A stretch of 64,000 nt of DNA, taken from positions 25,606,001-25,670,000 of the forward strand of contig OZ024759.1 in NCBI GenBank assembly GCA_964016885.1. The letters run 5' to 3'. Of this stretch, positions 31,402 to 45,107 are shown in pieces. Position 1 is the stretch's first letter; every line of letters starts with the position of its first letter. Origin of the DNA: Eledone cirrhosa. Taxonomy: Eukaryota. Both the position numbers and the translations under genes were made by a program. Under the pieces are notes generated by a model. The model ran no database searches. It was not told where the DNA came from and saw only the letters and a list, made by a program, of their open reading frames with translations.

Positions 31402-31464
31402 ATTTTATCTGATGAAAGCACACCATAATTTAACTTGGTGTCCTTGAAATATGTATAATGAAAT
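31402..31464 (+). ncRNA. Type I (minimal) hammerhead ribozyme-like motif
   Basis: AUUUUAU-CUGAUGA-AAGCACACC..GGUGUCCUU-GAAA-UAUGUA-UA-AUGAAAU: 7-bp stem I and intact core. Confidence 0.65.
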
Positions 31465-31611
31465 AAATATGGTCTTATAAATATAGTTTCCATTTGTTAA
31501 TATCGTATATATATATATAGTTATGTAAAAGGTAATCAGAAATAACAACACAATCGGTACAGTATATGGAAGGAATATAGTAGTTTAACACTTGAAATAG
31601 CAGGAAGAGGG

Positions 31612-31647
31612 TCTTAACGTTTCGGACGCTAGTCCTTCATCAGAAGA
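31612..31647 (-). ncRNA. Minimal (dimeric-type) hammerhead-like motif; degenerate copies at 43408-43445 and 44036-44072
   Basis: UCUU-CUGAUGA-A-GGAC-UAGC-GUCC-GAAA-CG-UU-AAGA, with palindromic stem III AACGUU. Confidence 0.6.
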
Positions 31648-32691
31648 AAGAATGAGAAATAAGATAGATTGAAGGGACAGGCAGGGTGGAATTGGAAAAA
31701 ATGTCTTTAGATAAAATTAATAGGTCCATTCATGTTGACATCATCACCGTTTAATGTCCATTTTCCATTCTTTGATGGGGTAGACAGATCGTCCACGTCA
31801 TGAAACATGTCTGGGCAGATTGGCCACGTCATACCTTGCTCAGATGGAACTAAATTTGGCCAGGGTTTTACAGCTGGATGCCATTCCTAACACCAACCAC
31901 ATTTACATTGTAGAACTGGACGTGTGTGTGTATGTGTGTTTCACAGTTAATAAAAAAGTAAGTCATGTACTGGGGTCAATTCTTCCTCGATATCGCTTTC
32001 GCACTTCCATTCTGTCACTCTCTATCCTTCTGGAGAGGATTGAGCTCCACCAGGTTTTAAAATACCCTCGAAATGCTGTATATCAATACGATTCACTCAG
32101 GAGTTACAGCACCATGCTGCATATATATATATATATATGTGTATATATAATATATATGAAAGTGCATAGCTTAGTAGTTAGAACGTTGGGGATGTGAGTT
32201 CGATTCCAAGACCAGGTGAGGTGTTGTGTTCTTGAGCAAGACACTTTATTTCACATTGCTCCAGTTTACTCATCTGTAGAAATGAATTGAGACATCACTG
32301 GTGCCATTACCTTTCCTTTGCACGACAGCAGTAGCATGGAGAGGGTAGACCAGTATGTATAGGCAGTGGCTGGTCTTCCATTCACACACACACACACGCA
32401 CATGAATATATGTGTGCATATATATATTCAAAGATGCCCTACTTATTGCACGCCAACAACAACATACGCCCTACACAAAAAATAGGGCCCATGCTTATAT
32501 ATATATACCCATTATCTCACAAATCACAACAGACACTATATTTTTTTGTTGCACTGCCAGTCTGAAGAGCACATCAATAATGGAGTCAGTTCCATAACTT
32601 CTATGGGAGACCCTGAGCCAACCCTCTGCGAAATGCTCATAACAGGTCGATACACAATAAAAATTTAAATACATGTAAACGAAACTTCATT

Positions 32692-32729
<38 letters not shown>

Positions 32730-33047
32730 CTGTTTCTACTTTAGGCACAAGGCCAGCAATTACCCAGTGCATTACTGGTACTTTATTTTATCGACCCCGT
32801 AAGGATGAAAGGCAAAGTCAACCTCGGCGGGAATTGAACTCAGATCGTAAAGGGACGTAACTATGCTGGAAAGCATGGCGTCCGACCCTCTACAGACACT
32901 GCCAATACAATAACGGCGATGAATTAGTTTTGCCAGGTTTTTGATATGAAATCGTGTGTCGAAACAGAAGCGAAAAGCAACCAAACAGTGAATGTGTTCT
33001 GTTATTAATTCTGGCAATATTACACAAATATGACCCTCCCCAAGTAT

Positions 33048-33109
<62 letters not shown>

Positions 33110-34049
33110 TTTTCATCATTTTATGTCTAGTTTTCCACGCTTGCATGGGTTTTATATATATGTATGTGTATATATATATATATACATATACATATACATA
33201 CATACAATCACCATCATCATCATTTTATGTCTATCTTTTCATGCTTGCATGGGTTATATGTGTCATCTACTTTATGAGATAAGTTTGGGCAGCTGGCTAC
33301 ACCCTACCTTTCTCAAACAGAACTGTATTTTAGCTGAGATTTTTACAGCTGGATGCCGTTAATTAAAGTGCAAGTGTCTGAGCATTCCACTTATTTGATT
33401 AATAGGAGTGGTCTGCTGATTTAATTAAAGTGCAAGTGGCTGAGTATTCCATAGATACATGTGTTGTTGGACCTCTGTCAGTTTGATCAACAGGAGTGAC
33501 CTGCTGGTGAAACTAATGTGTAGCCTTAACATTGCACAGACTCACATATATCCATAACATAATTCTCAGGGAGATCCAAGATGATACAGCCTGTATGAAA
33601 AGTGTGGATCTTTGAATTACTGTACAGTCAATCTACCGGGCTTCTGAACAGTTTCAGTCTACCCAGTTTTATTCAAAAGGAATGGGTTGACCTGTGCCTA
33701 TGGTAAATGACACTTACCCAAGATATGATGCAGTGGTATTTAACCCATTACCAAATGATTGTGAATCAGTGTCCTTATCAATTTAGCCGTATTATATCAT
33801 GGTCAGAGTTTATCAAGTGGTGGTTGTTATAATTTGGTGTTGGTGCAATACTGATTACATATCAAGGTAATGTTTGTTGTAGAGTTGTTATATCATCACC
33901 ATCACCATTATGACCTCCATCACCACCACTGATCCAAACCAAGCTAAACTGGGCTGAGCAGGGCCGAGCCAAGCTGGAAAGAGCTGAATTAAGGCAAGCC
34001 AAGCTGGACAGAGTTAAGCTATTCTACAGTTGAGTCTGATAATACAAGC

Positions 34050-34295
34050 AGTCTGATAGTGTTGACTGATAATACAGACAGTCTGATAGTATTGATAGTC
34101 TGATAGTGTTGATAGTCTGATAGTGTTGATAGTCAGACAATGTTGATAGTCTGATAATGTTGATAGTCTGATAATGTTGATAGTCTGAAAGTGTTGATAG
34201 TCTGATAGTGTTGATAGTCTGATAGTGTTGATAGTCTGATAGTGTTGATAGTTTGATAGTGTTGACAGTTTAATAGTGTTGACTGATATTGTTGA
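34050..34295. repeat. 17-bp tandem repeat (gtctgatagtgttgata)n
   Basis: About 13 visible copies. Confidence 0.85.
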
Positions 34296-34304
34296 TTGAT
34301 TCAG

Positions 34305-34416
34305 ATAAAGGAACTGGAACAAATGTGCAGAGAAAATGATGTTGATCCAGGAATACACAGGCATATGACTTATGTAGACTTAAATCAACTGGAAATATTT
34401 GAAAAACCTCAAACAG
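34305..34416 (+). other. Candidate orphan coding exon (IKELEQMCRENDVDPGIHRHMTYVDLNQLEIFEKPQT)
   Basis: tcag|...CAG|GTATGT with an open frame and unique sequence. Joins in frame to a ctgcag| acceptor at 34846. Confidence 0.4.
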
Positions 34417-35556
34417 GTATGTCGATCTCTTTCTTCATTGTACTTTTTAAAATTGTTTTTGTGGTTTCACCTGTTATTTGTTTTTTAAAGATGTTTCACA
34501 GGTGAAATATTTTACTATTAGATACAACAAAATTCAAAGTATTTAGGTAAACATTTTATCAGTGATTTCCACAACTGTTCTAAATAGTCATGTTCTATAA
34601 TTAATCTTTTTGATATCAGCCCACCTGACACTGGCCCTACTCTATGATCTCAGCACAACCAAAGGCAACCCCACCTTCATGACATCAGCCCACCCAAAGC
34701 TGGTAAGGCACATATGATTCTAGCCTAACCTGAAGCTGGCAAGGCCAACATGACACCAACCCACCCCAACCCACCCCAACCCAACCCAACCCAACCAAAG
34801 CTGGCCTCAGCGCCATGGTACAAAACTGTCCATTCTCACCTGCAGTAAAACCCTCCATCACAACTCCATACAAAAACCCTCGCCAAGTCATGACACAAAT
34901 AACAACACAATACAACAAAATCAGCCACACCACCAAATCACATCAAATTCCTGGTCTCTCCTTCAATTACCCGAAAACCACAATCATCATCATCATCATC
35001 ATCATCATTTAATGTCCATTTTCCACACTAGCATGGGTTAGACAGGTTGTCCCATTTGAGGCAAGTTGGGTCAGTTGACCGTGTCTTACTCATATAGAAC
35101 TGTTTCTGGCTAGGTTTCTATGGCTGAATGCCCTTCCTAATGTCAACCACATTTACAGTGTGCGCTGGGTGATTTTTGTTGTGACACCTACATGACCACT
35201 TTACAGTGTGGATATGTTTTGTTCACAGTATAAGGGTGGTGTGGACAGGAGTGAGTGGGTCGGTGTATAGTGGTTAAAAGGTGCCTACTAGATGCATATT
35301 TGAGTCTGTGAACATGGGAAGACGTGTCTTCTGTATTATTGTGTAATGCTAAAGATCTTGATCCTGTGTCATTGTATATATATATATCATCATCATCGTT
35401 TAACGTCTATCTTCCACGGTAGCATGGGTTTAGACGGGAATTGCCCTACTTGAGGCAAGATTGGTCGGGTGACCATGTCTCGCTTGTATAGGACTGTCTG
35501 GCAGGTTTTCTACGGCTGGATGCCCTTCCTAACACCAACCACGTTTACACGTTATC

Positions 35557-35592
<36 letters not shown>

Positions 35593-36055
35593 TCAACATT
35601 TAACATCCATTTTCCATGCTAGGATTCATTTAAATAAAGACCTGAAGATTTTAAAGGTTTTATTTATTTTTATTACAAAAATAACGAACTTTTAATTCGT
35701 GCATTTTACACCAAGTTTGATATAAAAATACCAATAAAATATAAAATATTGAAAATAAAAAAAGAAAGAAATATATGTATATATGTATATAATCAGTTTT
35801 GTTCACATTTGAGATAGTTTCACACATATACATATATATATATATATATATACAAATATATAAAGAATAAGAAATACCATATCAGCTCTGCTTGAACCCT
35901 TCTGCATTGAGCTTTAAACCTTCTGGTTAAGTCTATACCCAATAATAGCAATACCGTTACTATTATTAAAGTTATACATGCACACACACATATATATACA
36001 CACACACATATAATATATATATATATAATTGATTTTCTTCATCTTTGGGATAGTT

Positions 36056-36121
36056 TCACCAGCGTGCTTTTTGATCGGATATCTGACCTTGTAAGCAACG
36101 GACCAAAAACGCAGCAGTCAG
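36056..36121 (-). CDS. Tetraspanin (TspanC8), exon 7 (stop)
   Basis: ttttag|LTAAFLVRCLQGQISDQKARW*. Total 840 nt = 279 aa with 8 Cys in EC2, so TSPAN5/14/17/33-like; exact orthologue not assignable. Confidence 0.9.
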   Translation of the reverse strand: MTAAFLVRCLQGQISDQKARW

Positions 36122-36189
36122 CTAAAAGTAGAAATAAAAGTATACAAATTGTGCTGGAAATAAAAGAATACAAATAGGGCTGGAATCTG

Positions 36190-37215
36190 GGTGTAAATAC
36201 TCTAGGTTAGCTCTACTGTATGTACCTGAGTATTTAGTACCCTAGACAAACCCTACAATGTATGTCTAGGTATTTAGTGCCTTTGAGTAACTCTATAATA
36301 TGTGTTTAGCTATTTAGTTAGTAGCCTAAGCTATCTCTACAGTATATTTGTCTGGGTATTTAGTGCCCTAGGCTATATCAACAGTATGTGTGTCTGGGTA
36401 TTTAGTGCCCTAGGCTATCTCTACAGTATGTGTGTCTGGGTATTTAGTGCCCTAGGCTATATCTACAGTATGTGTGTCTGGGTATTTAGTGCCCTAGGCT
36501 ATCTCTATAGTATGTGTGTCTGGGTATTTAGTGCCCTAGGCTATATCTACAGTATGTGTGTCTGGGTATTTAGTGCCCTAGGCTATCTCTACAGTATGTG
36601 TGTCTGGGTATTTAGTGCCCTAGGCTATCTCTACAGTATGTTTGTCTGGGTATTTAGTGCCCTAGGCTACATCTACAGTATGTGTGCCTGGGTATTTAGT
36701 GCCCTAGGCTATCTCTATAGTATGTTTGTCTGGGTATTTAGTGCCCTAGGCTATATCTACAGTATGTGTGTCTGGGTATTTAGTGCCCTAGGCTATATCT
36801 ACAGTATGTGTGTCTGGGTATTTAGTGCCCTAGGCTATATCTACAGTATGTGTGTCTGGGTATTTAGTACCCTAGGCTACATCTACAGTATGTGTGCCTG
36901 GGTATTTAGTACCCTAGGCTATCTCTATAGTATGTTTGTCTGGGTATTTAGTGCCCTAGGCTATCTCTATAGTATGTTTGTCTGGGTATTTAGTGCCCTA
37001 GGCTATATCTACAGTATGTGTGCCTGGATACCTAGCAACCTTAGCTAACTCTACAATGTCTGCCTGGGTATTTAGTTAGCTTCAGGTGTTCAATACCAAG
37101 ACACTCACTGTAGGGGTAGTCTAGCATGCTAAATACCCAGACACATACTGTGGAGCTAACCTAGAGTACTAAATACCCAGACACACATTATAAAGTTAGC
37201 CTTGGTTGCTAAACA
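36190..37215. repeat. 42-bp minisatellite (~20 copies) with two inverted terminal copies, in the last tetraspanin intron
   Basis: Unit gtgtgtctgggtatttagtgccctaggctatctctacagtat. Inverted units at 37110-37215, followed by 21-bp repeats at 37232-37350. Confidence 0.92.
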
Positions 37216-37375
37216 CCTAGGGGCTGGCTTTGAGTAAATCACAGGTAATTAAGAGGTAAATCACAGGCAATTAATAGGTAAACCACAGGTAATTAACAGG
37301 TAAATCACAGGAAATTAATAGGGAAACCACAGGTAATTAACAGGTAAATGACAGTAAGATTAAAGGGATACTCAC

Positions 37376-37492
37376 AATTGGTACCGTGAAAGCAATCAAC
37401 AAGCCACCTACGACAGGTAAATGATTCTCAATGAAGGCAACAGCTACCTCAATACATCCTTTGGTGTAGATTTTCTTACTGGCTTCAGTGAC
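37376..37492 (-). CDS. Tetraspanin (TspanC8), exon 6
   Basis: ccag|VTEASKKIYTKGCIEVAVAFIENHLPVVGGLLIAFTVPI|gtgagt. Confidence 0.93.
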
Positions 37493-37624
37493 CTGGAGAA
37501 TTGAGAGAGGAGAGAGGGATGTAAATATTTGGAAGGAGGAGGAATAGGGGGAGGGGGAAAGGAGAAGAAAGGAAGGAGGCGGAGGAGGGAGAAAATGAGA
37601 AGAAAGGAAGGAGGAGGAAGAGAA

Positions 37625-38073
37625 CAACAATAACAACCAACCCACCAAGGCCAACATCAGACAATAAGACCATGGAGAAGAAGAACAGGAACAATAACAA
37701 CAACAGCAACAACACAATAACAACAGCAATAACAGCAATAGTGACAACAACATCATCAACAACAACAACCCTAATGACAACAAACACTGTCAACACCACC
37801 ACCACCAAGAACAGCAACAACAACCCCAATAACAACAAAAATGCCAACAACGGCATCAACAACAACAACCCCAATGACAACGAGCACCCTCAACACCACC
37901 ACCACCAAGAACAAACAAACAACAACAACAACCCCAATGACAACAAACACCACAACCAACAACAACAGCTACAACACTAACGACAACAGCATCAAAAACA
38001 ACCAATGACAACAAACACCAACAACAACAGTAGCAACAGCAATAGTAACAACAACAATAGTAACAACAACAAC
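37625..38073. repeat. (AAC)n-rich tract
   Basis: Directly visible. Confidence 0.85.
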
Positions 38074-38077
38074 TTAC

Positions 38078-38125
38078 CGATAAAGTAAGAACTCCTGCCC
38101 CACATTTGGTGTTCTGTAACTCTCC
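38078..38125 (-). CDS. Tetraspanin (TspanC8), exon 5 (48 nt)
   Basis: aacag|GELQNTKCGAGVLTLS|gtaagt; supplies the N..CG cysteine. Confidence 0.85.
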
Positions 38126-38539
38126 CTGTTGATAGAGTTACAAAAGAGGAACAATTAATGGGCATGTGTATATATATATATATATATATATAAACAATGA
38201 GTTATAGGCTTTGTCGATAAGTATTCAACAGAGTTATGTTCATTACAGATATGAAGCACTCAACAAGTAAAATTTATCTGGAGTATTATAATAATAATAA
38301 TTGTTTCTACTTTTGGCACAAGGCCAGCAACTACCCAGTGCATTACTGGTACTTTATTTTATCGACCCCGTAAGGATGAAAGGCAAAGTTAACCTCGGCA
38401 GGATTTGAACTCAGAATGGCAAGGGCCGTAACTATGTGTCAGCATGGCGTCCGACCCTCTACCGATACTGCCAATCCACCGCCCTCATTATAATAATAAT
38501 AGTAATAAATGTAAAATATATCACTATAGCATCATCATT

Positions 38540-38712
38540 TATTTCGTTATATATATTTCAAGGATACTAATTTATAGTATGCTTTCTTCAGACATTTAAA
38601 GTTGACTGCATGAGGTCTATTTTATGGGTATGTCACTATCTTATACATCAAATATTGCATTTTGTCTGACGAAAGCATACTATAAATTAGTATCCTTGAA
38701 ATATATATAATT
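38540..38712. ncRNA. Inverted pair of hammerhead-like cores (same family as 31402-31464)
   Basis: + copy CUGACGA-AAGCAUACUA..UAGUAUCCUU-GAAA-UAUAUA-UA at 38666; - copy with CUGAAGA at 38540-38592. Confidence 0.5.
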
Positions 38713-39061
38713 GTTATATTTATGCATAGTTTATTTTATATTTTTATATCTTCATTGTTAAATTAGTCTTGCCATTGTGCACTTTTACTCGACCTTATTG
38801 TAAACCCCCACTGTCCCTGTCTTTTTATTGTCCCCTACATGTCGGCTCTTGTGGCTAATAAATGAAATCATTATTATTATTATGGATTGGCAGTATCGGT
38901 ACAGAGTCGGACGCCATGCTTTCCAGCATAGTTACGTCCCTTTACGGTCTGAGTTCAAATCCCGCCGAGGTTTACTTTGCCTTTCATCCTTACGGGGTCA
39001 ATAAAATAAAGTACCAGTAATGCACTGGGTAATTGCTGGCCTTGTGCCTAAAGTAGAAACA

Positions 39062-39102
<41 letters not shown>

Positions 39103-39326
39103 TAATATAACATCAAAAGATGGTTAAAAGAGTTCCATGTATATATGTATATATATGTATATATATTTATTAAAATAACAGATAAAAGTTTAAAATCCAA
39201 AGAGGGCTCGATAAGGATAAATATATATCAGATATATTAGAACCGTAGAGCAAATATTTATTAAAATAACAGATTAAAGTTTAAGCAAAGAATCGGTGCT
39301 TTCACCCTTAACGGGATCTTCCGAAG

Positions 39327-39388
<62 letters not shown>

Positions 39389-40261
39389 TGGAGGCATGAG
39401 GCCCAGTGGTAAGGGTGTTGGACTTACGATCATAATGTTGTGGGTTCGATTCTTGGCTTGCATGTTGTGTCCTTGGGCAAAACACTTCATTTCACATTGC
39501 TCCAGTATACTCAGCTGAAAATGAGTACCAGCAATAGCTGGAGGTTTAAACCTGTGATGGACTGGGGAGTCTTGTACCCTCAGTTGCTTCACACCATGAA
39601 ACCGGGATAAGCACTGGCCAGATGAGCCTTCTCTCTTAAGACAGACTTTAGACTTTAGATATACATATATATATGAATAGTAATAATAATGATAATAATG
39701 GTTTCTGATTTAGGCACAAGGCTAGCAATGTTTGGAGAGGAGAAAGTTGAATAAATCGACCCCTGGTAGAGCATCAGCATCTTTATCTATACTATAAATA
39801 AGAGTGTATGTGTGTATAAGTTGTATATGTGTATGTCTCCCAAAGGCTCTGAAACAGTGCATCCTAGAGGAAAATGGTTTTCATTTTTGAACTCAGCCGA
39901 TCCTCATATATATATAGACACAGAACTCCATGTTCATTGGCCGTTGAGATGGACTTAGACAGTTTCGACCTCTACCAACGGTACTACTGGTTTATCCGGG
40001 GTCACAGCATCTGACAAAAGCCAAACGCTGTTCAAAGGAATAAGAGACAAAGGACATAACATTAATTCACAACAGTTAAACAACAAAACACATACAGTTT
40101 TGTGTGACGTCAGGGAAAATGTGTGAATCCTCATGGCATGAGATATGAATGAAACAAAGAAAAGAGAGAAAGAAAAAAAAGCAAGAAGAAGAAAGCAAGA
40201 TATTGTGTTAAAAAATGTAAGCAATTACAATAAACACACACACTGACCATGTGCTACTTAC

Positions 40262-40411
40262 CGTAATGTCATCAGGATGTTTACAGCAGGAATAAGGCAC
40301 TGCACACTGGACAGTGGTGTGAATCTTGGTCTTCTCATGGTTGGTGCAGTTGAAATATTCATTTTCGTTCCAGTCCATGTAACCATGTATACCAACACCG
40401 CAGCATTTTAA
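40262..40411 (-). CDS. Tetraspanin (TspanC8), exon 4
   Basis: tcag|LKCCGVGIHGYMDWNENEYFNC...CAVPYSCCKHPDDIT|gtaagt; CCG and PxSCC motifs. Confidence 0.95.
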
Positions 40412-41074
40412 CTGACCAAATAAGGATGACAAAACAAGATGAGTTAATTCATACATACAGAAGATAGCATATATAGACATATAGACATGAATACATATTG
40501 ACCCATACATATAGCTGTAGAAAGCTTGCCAATGAAAGGGTGAGGAGGACCATTTAGTTATGTCAAGGACATGACACCCTCCTTCTAGTGCTGGGTATCT
40601 ATGCAATAAAAGCACCCAGTACATGCTGTAAAGAGGTTGGTGTTAGGAAGGGCATCCAGCTGCAGAAAGCTTGCCAGACAAAGGTTTAGGAAGACCCTTT
40701 AGTTATGTCAAAGACATGACATCCTCCTTCTAGTGCTGGTTATCTACGCAATAAAAGAACCCAATACATGCTGTAAGGTGGTTGGTGTGAGGAAGGGCAT
40801 CGAGCCAAACAAGGGGTTAGGAGGATCTTTCAGTTTGTGACGAAAGACACAACTTCTCCTCTGCACTCGATAATGACTATACATAAGCAGGATACAACCC
40901 TTCTCCAGCTTCTGGGATGTCAGTGGTCCCACTTCTGTACTGACTTGATCTATGTAGACCCATCCAACTCTTGCTAGCAGGGAAAGCAGATATTAGATGA
41001 TGATGATAATATATATACACACATATAGACAAGTACTTATAGATATACATATATATATATGTATATATATATAC

Positions 41075-41159
<85 letters not shown>

Positions 41160-41167
41160 CATATACA

Positions 41168-41228
<61 letters not shown>

Positions 41229-41413
41229 GTTTCTACTTTTGGCACAAGGCCAGCAATTACCCAGTACATTACTGGTACTTTATTTTATCGACCCCGTAAG
41301 GATGAAAGGCAAAGTTAACCTCGGCGGGATTTGAACTCAGACCGCAAAGGGACGTAACTATGCTGGAAAGCATGGCGTCCGACTCTCTACCGATACTGCC
41401 AATCCACCGCCCT

Positions 41414-41474
<61 letters not shown>

Positions 41475-41480
41475 ATTATA

Positions 41481-41556
<76 letters not shown>

Positions 41557-41560
41557 CATT

Positions 41561-41599
<39 letters not shown>

Positions 41600-41603
41600 C
41601 ATT

Positions 41604-41642
<39 letters not shown>

Positions 41643-41646
41643 CATT

Positions 41647-41681
<35 letters not shown>

Positions 41682-41689
41682 CATTATAC

Positions 41690-41725
<36 letters not shown>

Positions 41726-41837
41726 GTATATATATATACATATATATATATGTATATATATATATATATGTAGATGTATATATATATATATATATGTAGA
41801 TATATATACATATATATATGTAGATATATATACATAT

Positions 41838-41868
<31 letters not shown>

Positions 41869-41899
41869 AATATATATATATATACATATATATATATAC

Positions 41900-41947
<48 letters not shown>

Positions 41948-42037
41948 ATACATATATATGTAGATATATATACATATATATATATATATAAATATATATA
42001 TATATAAATATATATATATATACATATATATATATAC

Positions 42038-42112
<75 letters not shown>

Positions 42113-42113
42113 C

Positions 42114-42180
<67 letters not shown>

Positions 42181-42518
42181 CATATATATATACATATATA
42201 TATACATATATATATACATATATATATATACATATATATATATATACATATATATATACATATATATATACATATATATATATATACATATATATATACA
42301 TATATATATATATACATATATATATACATATATATATACATATATATATATATACATATATATATACATATATATAATAATATATATATATACATATATA
42401 TATACATAAGATTATTATATATATATACATATATATAATAATATATATATATACATATATATAATAATATATATATATACATATATATATATACATATAC
42501 ATGTATATATATATATAC

Positions 42519-42566
<48 letters not shown>

Positions 42567-42795
42567 ATATACATATATATATACATATATATATATACAT
42601 ATATATATATATAACGGCGATGAATTAGTTTTGCAAGGTTTTTTATATGAAATCGTGTGTCGAAACAAATATCGTTATACTTGGGGAGGGTCATATGTGT
42701 GTAATATTGCCAGAATTAATAACAGAACACACTCACTGTTTGGTTGATTTTCGCTTCTTGCTTCTGTGTCTTTTATACATATATATATATACATA

Positions 42796-42875
<80 letters not shown>

Positions 42876-42906
42876 TACATATACATATATATATATATAT
42901 ACATAC

Positions 42907-42937
<31 letters not shown>

Positions 42938-42947
42938 CATATTTACA

Positions 42948-43020
<73 letters not shown>

Positions 43021-43208
43021 ACATATACATATATATATATACATATATATATATATACATATACATATATATGTTATGGAATACTGTTAGCTTATCGCTA
43101 AAACAATTTCTATACCTTTCATTTATATACATATATATATGTATATACATATATATACATATATATATATACATATGTATATACATATATATATACACAT
43201 ATATATAC

Positions 43209-43243
<35 letters not shown>

Positions 43244-43340
43244 CGTATATATATATACATATATATATACACATATATATACATATATATATATACATAT
43301 ATATATACATATATATACATATATATATACATATATATAT

Positions 43341-43386
<46 letters not shown>

Positions 43387-43494
43387 ACATACATATATAT
43401 ATATAAAGAGTCTTAACGTTTCAGATGCTAGTCCTTCATCACAAGATAGAATTAGAACTAAAAGATGAAATAGAAAGATGTGCCTATAACCTAC

Positions 43495-43668
43495 CTCTTG
43501 TTGAACCCAATTCACAATGCTTTTAGCATCATCATCATAGCTATATTTAGGGATTATACTTTCTTGGAGAATGGTTGTCATTTTTTTCTTGAATTTGTTT
43601 CTCATGAGAAATGCTGCCACAGCACCAGCTAACAACAGTAGGAATATTACAACTAGGAAATAATAGAA
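43495..43668 (-). CDS. Tetraspanin (TspanC8), exon 3
   Basis: tcag|[20 protein letters not shown]...[17 protein letters not shown]|gtaggt; 174 nt. Confidence 0.92.
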
Positions 43669-43937
43669 CTGATGGTGGTAGTGGTAGTGATATGAGTGGT
43701 GATGGGAGTTGTTGGTGGTGGTGGTAATGGTATGGGTGGCAGTGGTAGTGGTGGTGGTGGTGGTGGTGGTGGTGGTGGCAGTAATGGGTGGTGGTGGTAG
43801 TGGTGGTGTTGGTGTTGACAGTGGTGGGGGCGGTGGTAATGGTATGTGAGGTGGTAGTGGTGGTGATGGCAAGTGATAAAGAAAGTAGAAAGAAATATAT
43901 TAAAAAAATATATATATATAAATATATACACATACAT

Positions 43938-43986
<49 letters not shown>

Positions 43987-44264
43987 ATACACACACACAC
44001 ATATATATATACATGTATATAAATGAAAGAAAAAGGAGTTCAACGTATCAGAATTTAGCCCTTCGTCAGAAGAAGGAGAAGAAGAAAAAAAGAAGAAAAG
44101 GAGAATAAGAAGAAAGAAAGAAAAAGAAAAAGAAGAGGAAGCAGAAGGAAAGCAAGGACAAGAAGAAGAAAACGAAGGAAAGCAAGGAAAAGAAAAAGAA
44201 AAAGAAGAAGGAAAGCAAGGAAAAGAAGAAGGAATGTAAGCTAGAACAAGTGCAAGCTACTTAC

Positions 44265-44465
44265 AAATTTCAAAAGGCAGATATTTTCTCTGAGAGCACC
44301 AACACAGCCTGCCAAGCCGAGAATAAATATTATTATTCCAAGAATAACGAAAACAATGGAAATATCGAAGATGGCATCATAGATTGTCTTTATTTGGACA
44401 TGGTAGAATCGGTTCTTTTCAATATATGTCCATATCCCTATACCGAGTACACCAGCACCAACAAG
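44265..44465 (-). CDS. Tetraspanin (TspanC8), exon 2
   Basis: ccag|LVGAGVLGIGIWTYIEK...GLAGCVGALRENICLLKF|gtaagt. GCxGALREN is a tetraspanin signature. Confidence 0.95.
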
Positions 44466-44750
44466 CTGGAAAAGAGAAGGTTAAAATATATTTTTATCTA
44501 TGTGTATATGTGTGCGTGGAGGCGTGTGTGTGTGTAGGTGTTGGCAGATGTGTATGTGTGTAGGTGTGTGTATGTATGTGTAGGTGTAGGCAGGTATGTG
44601 TGTAAGTGTGGGCAGGTGTGTATGTATGTAGCTGCATGTGTGTGTGTATGATTATTACTGGAATTTTATAAGAATCCACCTATAATTTTCGGCAGATGTA
44701 AGGGAGTGCATGGTTTTGATAAACGCCAAACAGCGAGAAAAAGACTGTCA

Positions 44751-44815
<65 letters not shown>

Positions 44816-44965
44816 GTGTCCCAACAACTTTTTTTAGCCGTTGTTCGCACCAACCGGAGGTATATGGTCTTTAAAGCGATGAAATACCAATGATGGTTGG
44901 AAGATCACTGATGAAGGACTAACTTTATTCATATATATATATATATATATATATATTTTTATATA

Positions 44966-44996
<31 letters not shown>

Positions 44997-45063
44997 TTAC
45001 ACAGACGAGGAAACTATATATTCTCGACTGTTTTCAAGTCCAGCAGTCGCAAGTCTTGGAGGG

Positions 45064-45107
45064 ATCGTCCTGATGAGGACCAGTTAATTCCGAGATGCAT
45101 CGATGAT
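45064..45107 (+). ncRNA. Minimal hammerhead-like motif with a single core mutation (GAAA>GAGA)
   Basis: AUCGUC-CUGAUGA-GGA..UCC-GAGA-UGCA-UC-GAUGAU: 6-bp stem I and palindromic stem III. Confidence 0.5.

Noticed and set aside
35880-35970. Alternative last tetraspanin exon (LLLLGIDLTRRFKAQ...)
   Set aside because: Acceptor phase is incompatible with exon 6; 36121-36056 gives the expected QKARW* ending.
36190-37080. CRISPR-like array
   Set aside because: Contiguous tandem units without unique spacers, eukaryotic context, no cas genes. The same applies to the repeats at 16890-17400 and 57985-58420.
39285-39330. Further hammerhead-like motif (also 10920-10960, 13917, 44908)
   Set aside because: Core is mutated (CGGAAGA/CAGAAGA) or only one half is present, and stems I/III are not convincing; not counted.
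39778-39960. Possible Helitron 5' end
   Set aside because: The TC-start pattern is present, but I found no matching hairpin-CTAG 3' end.
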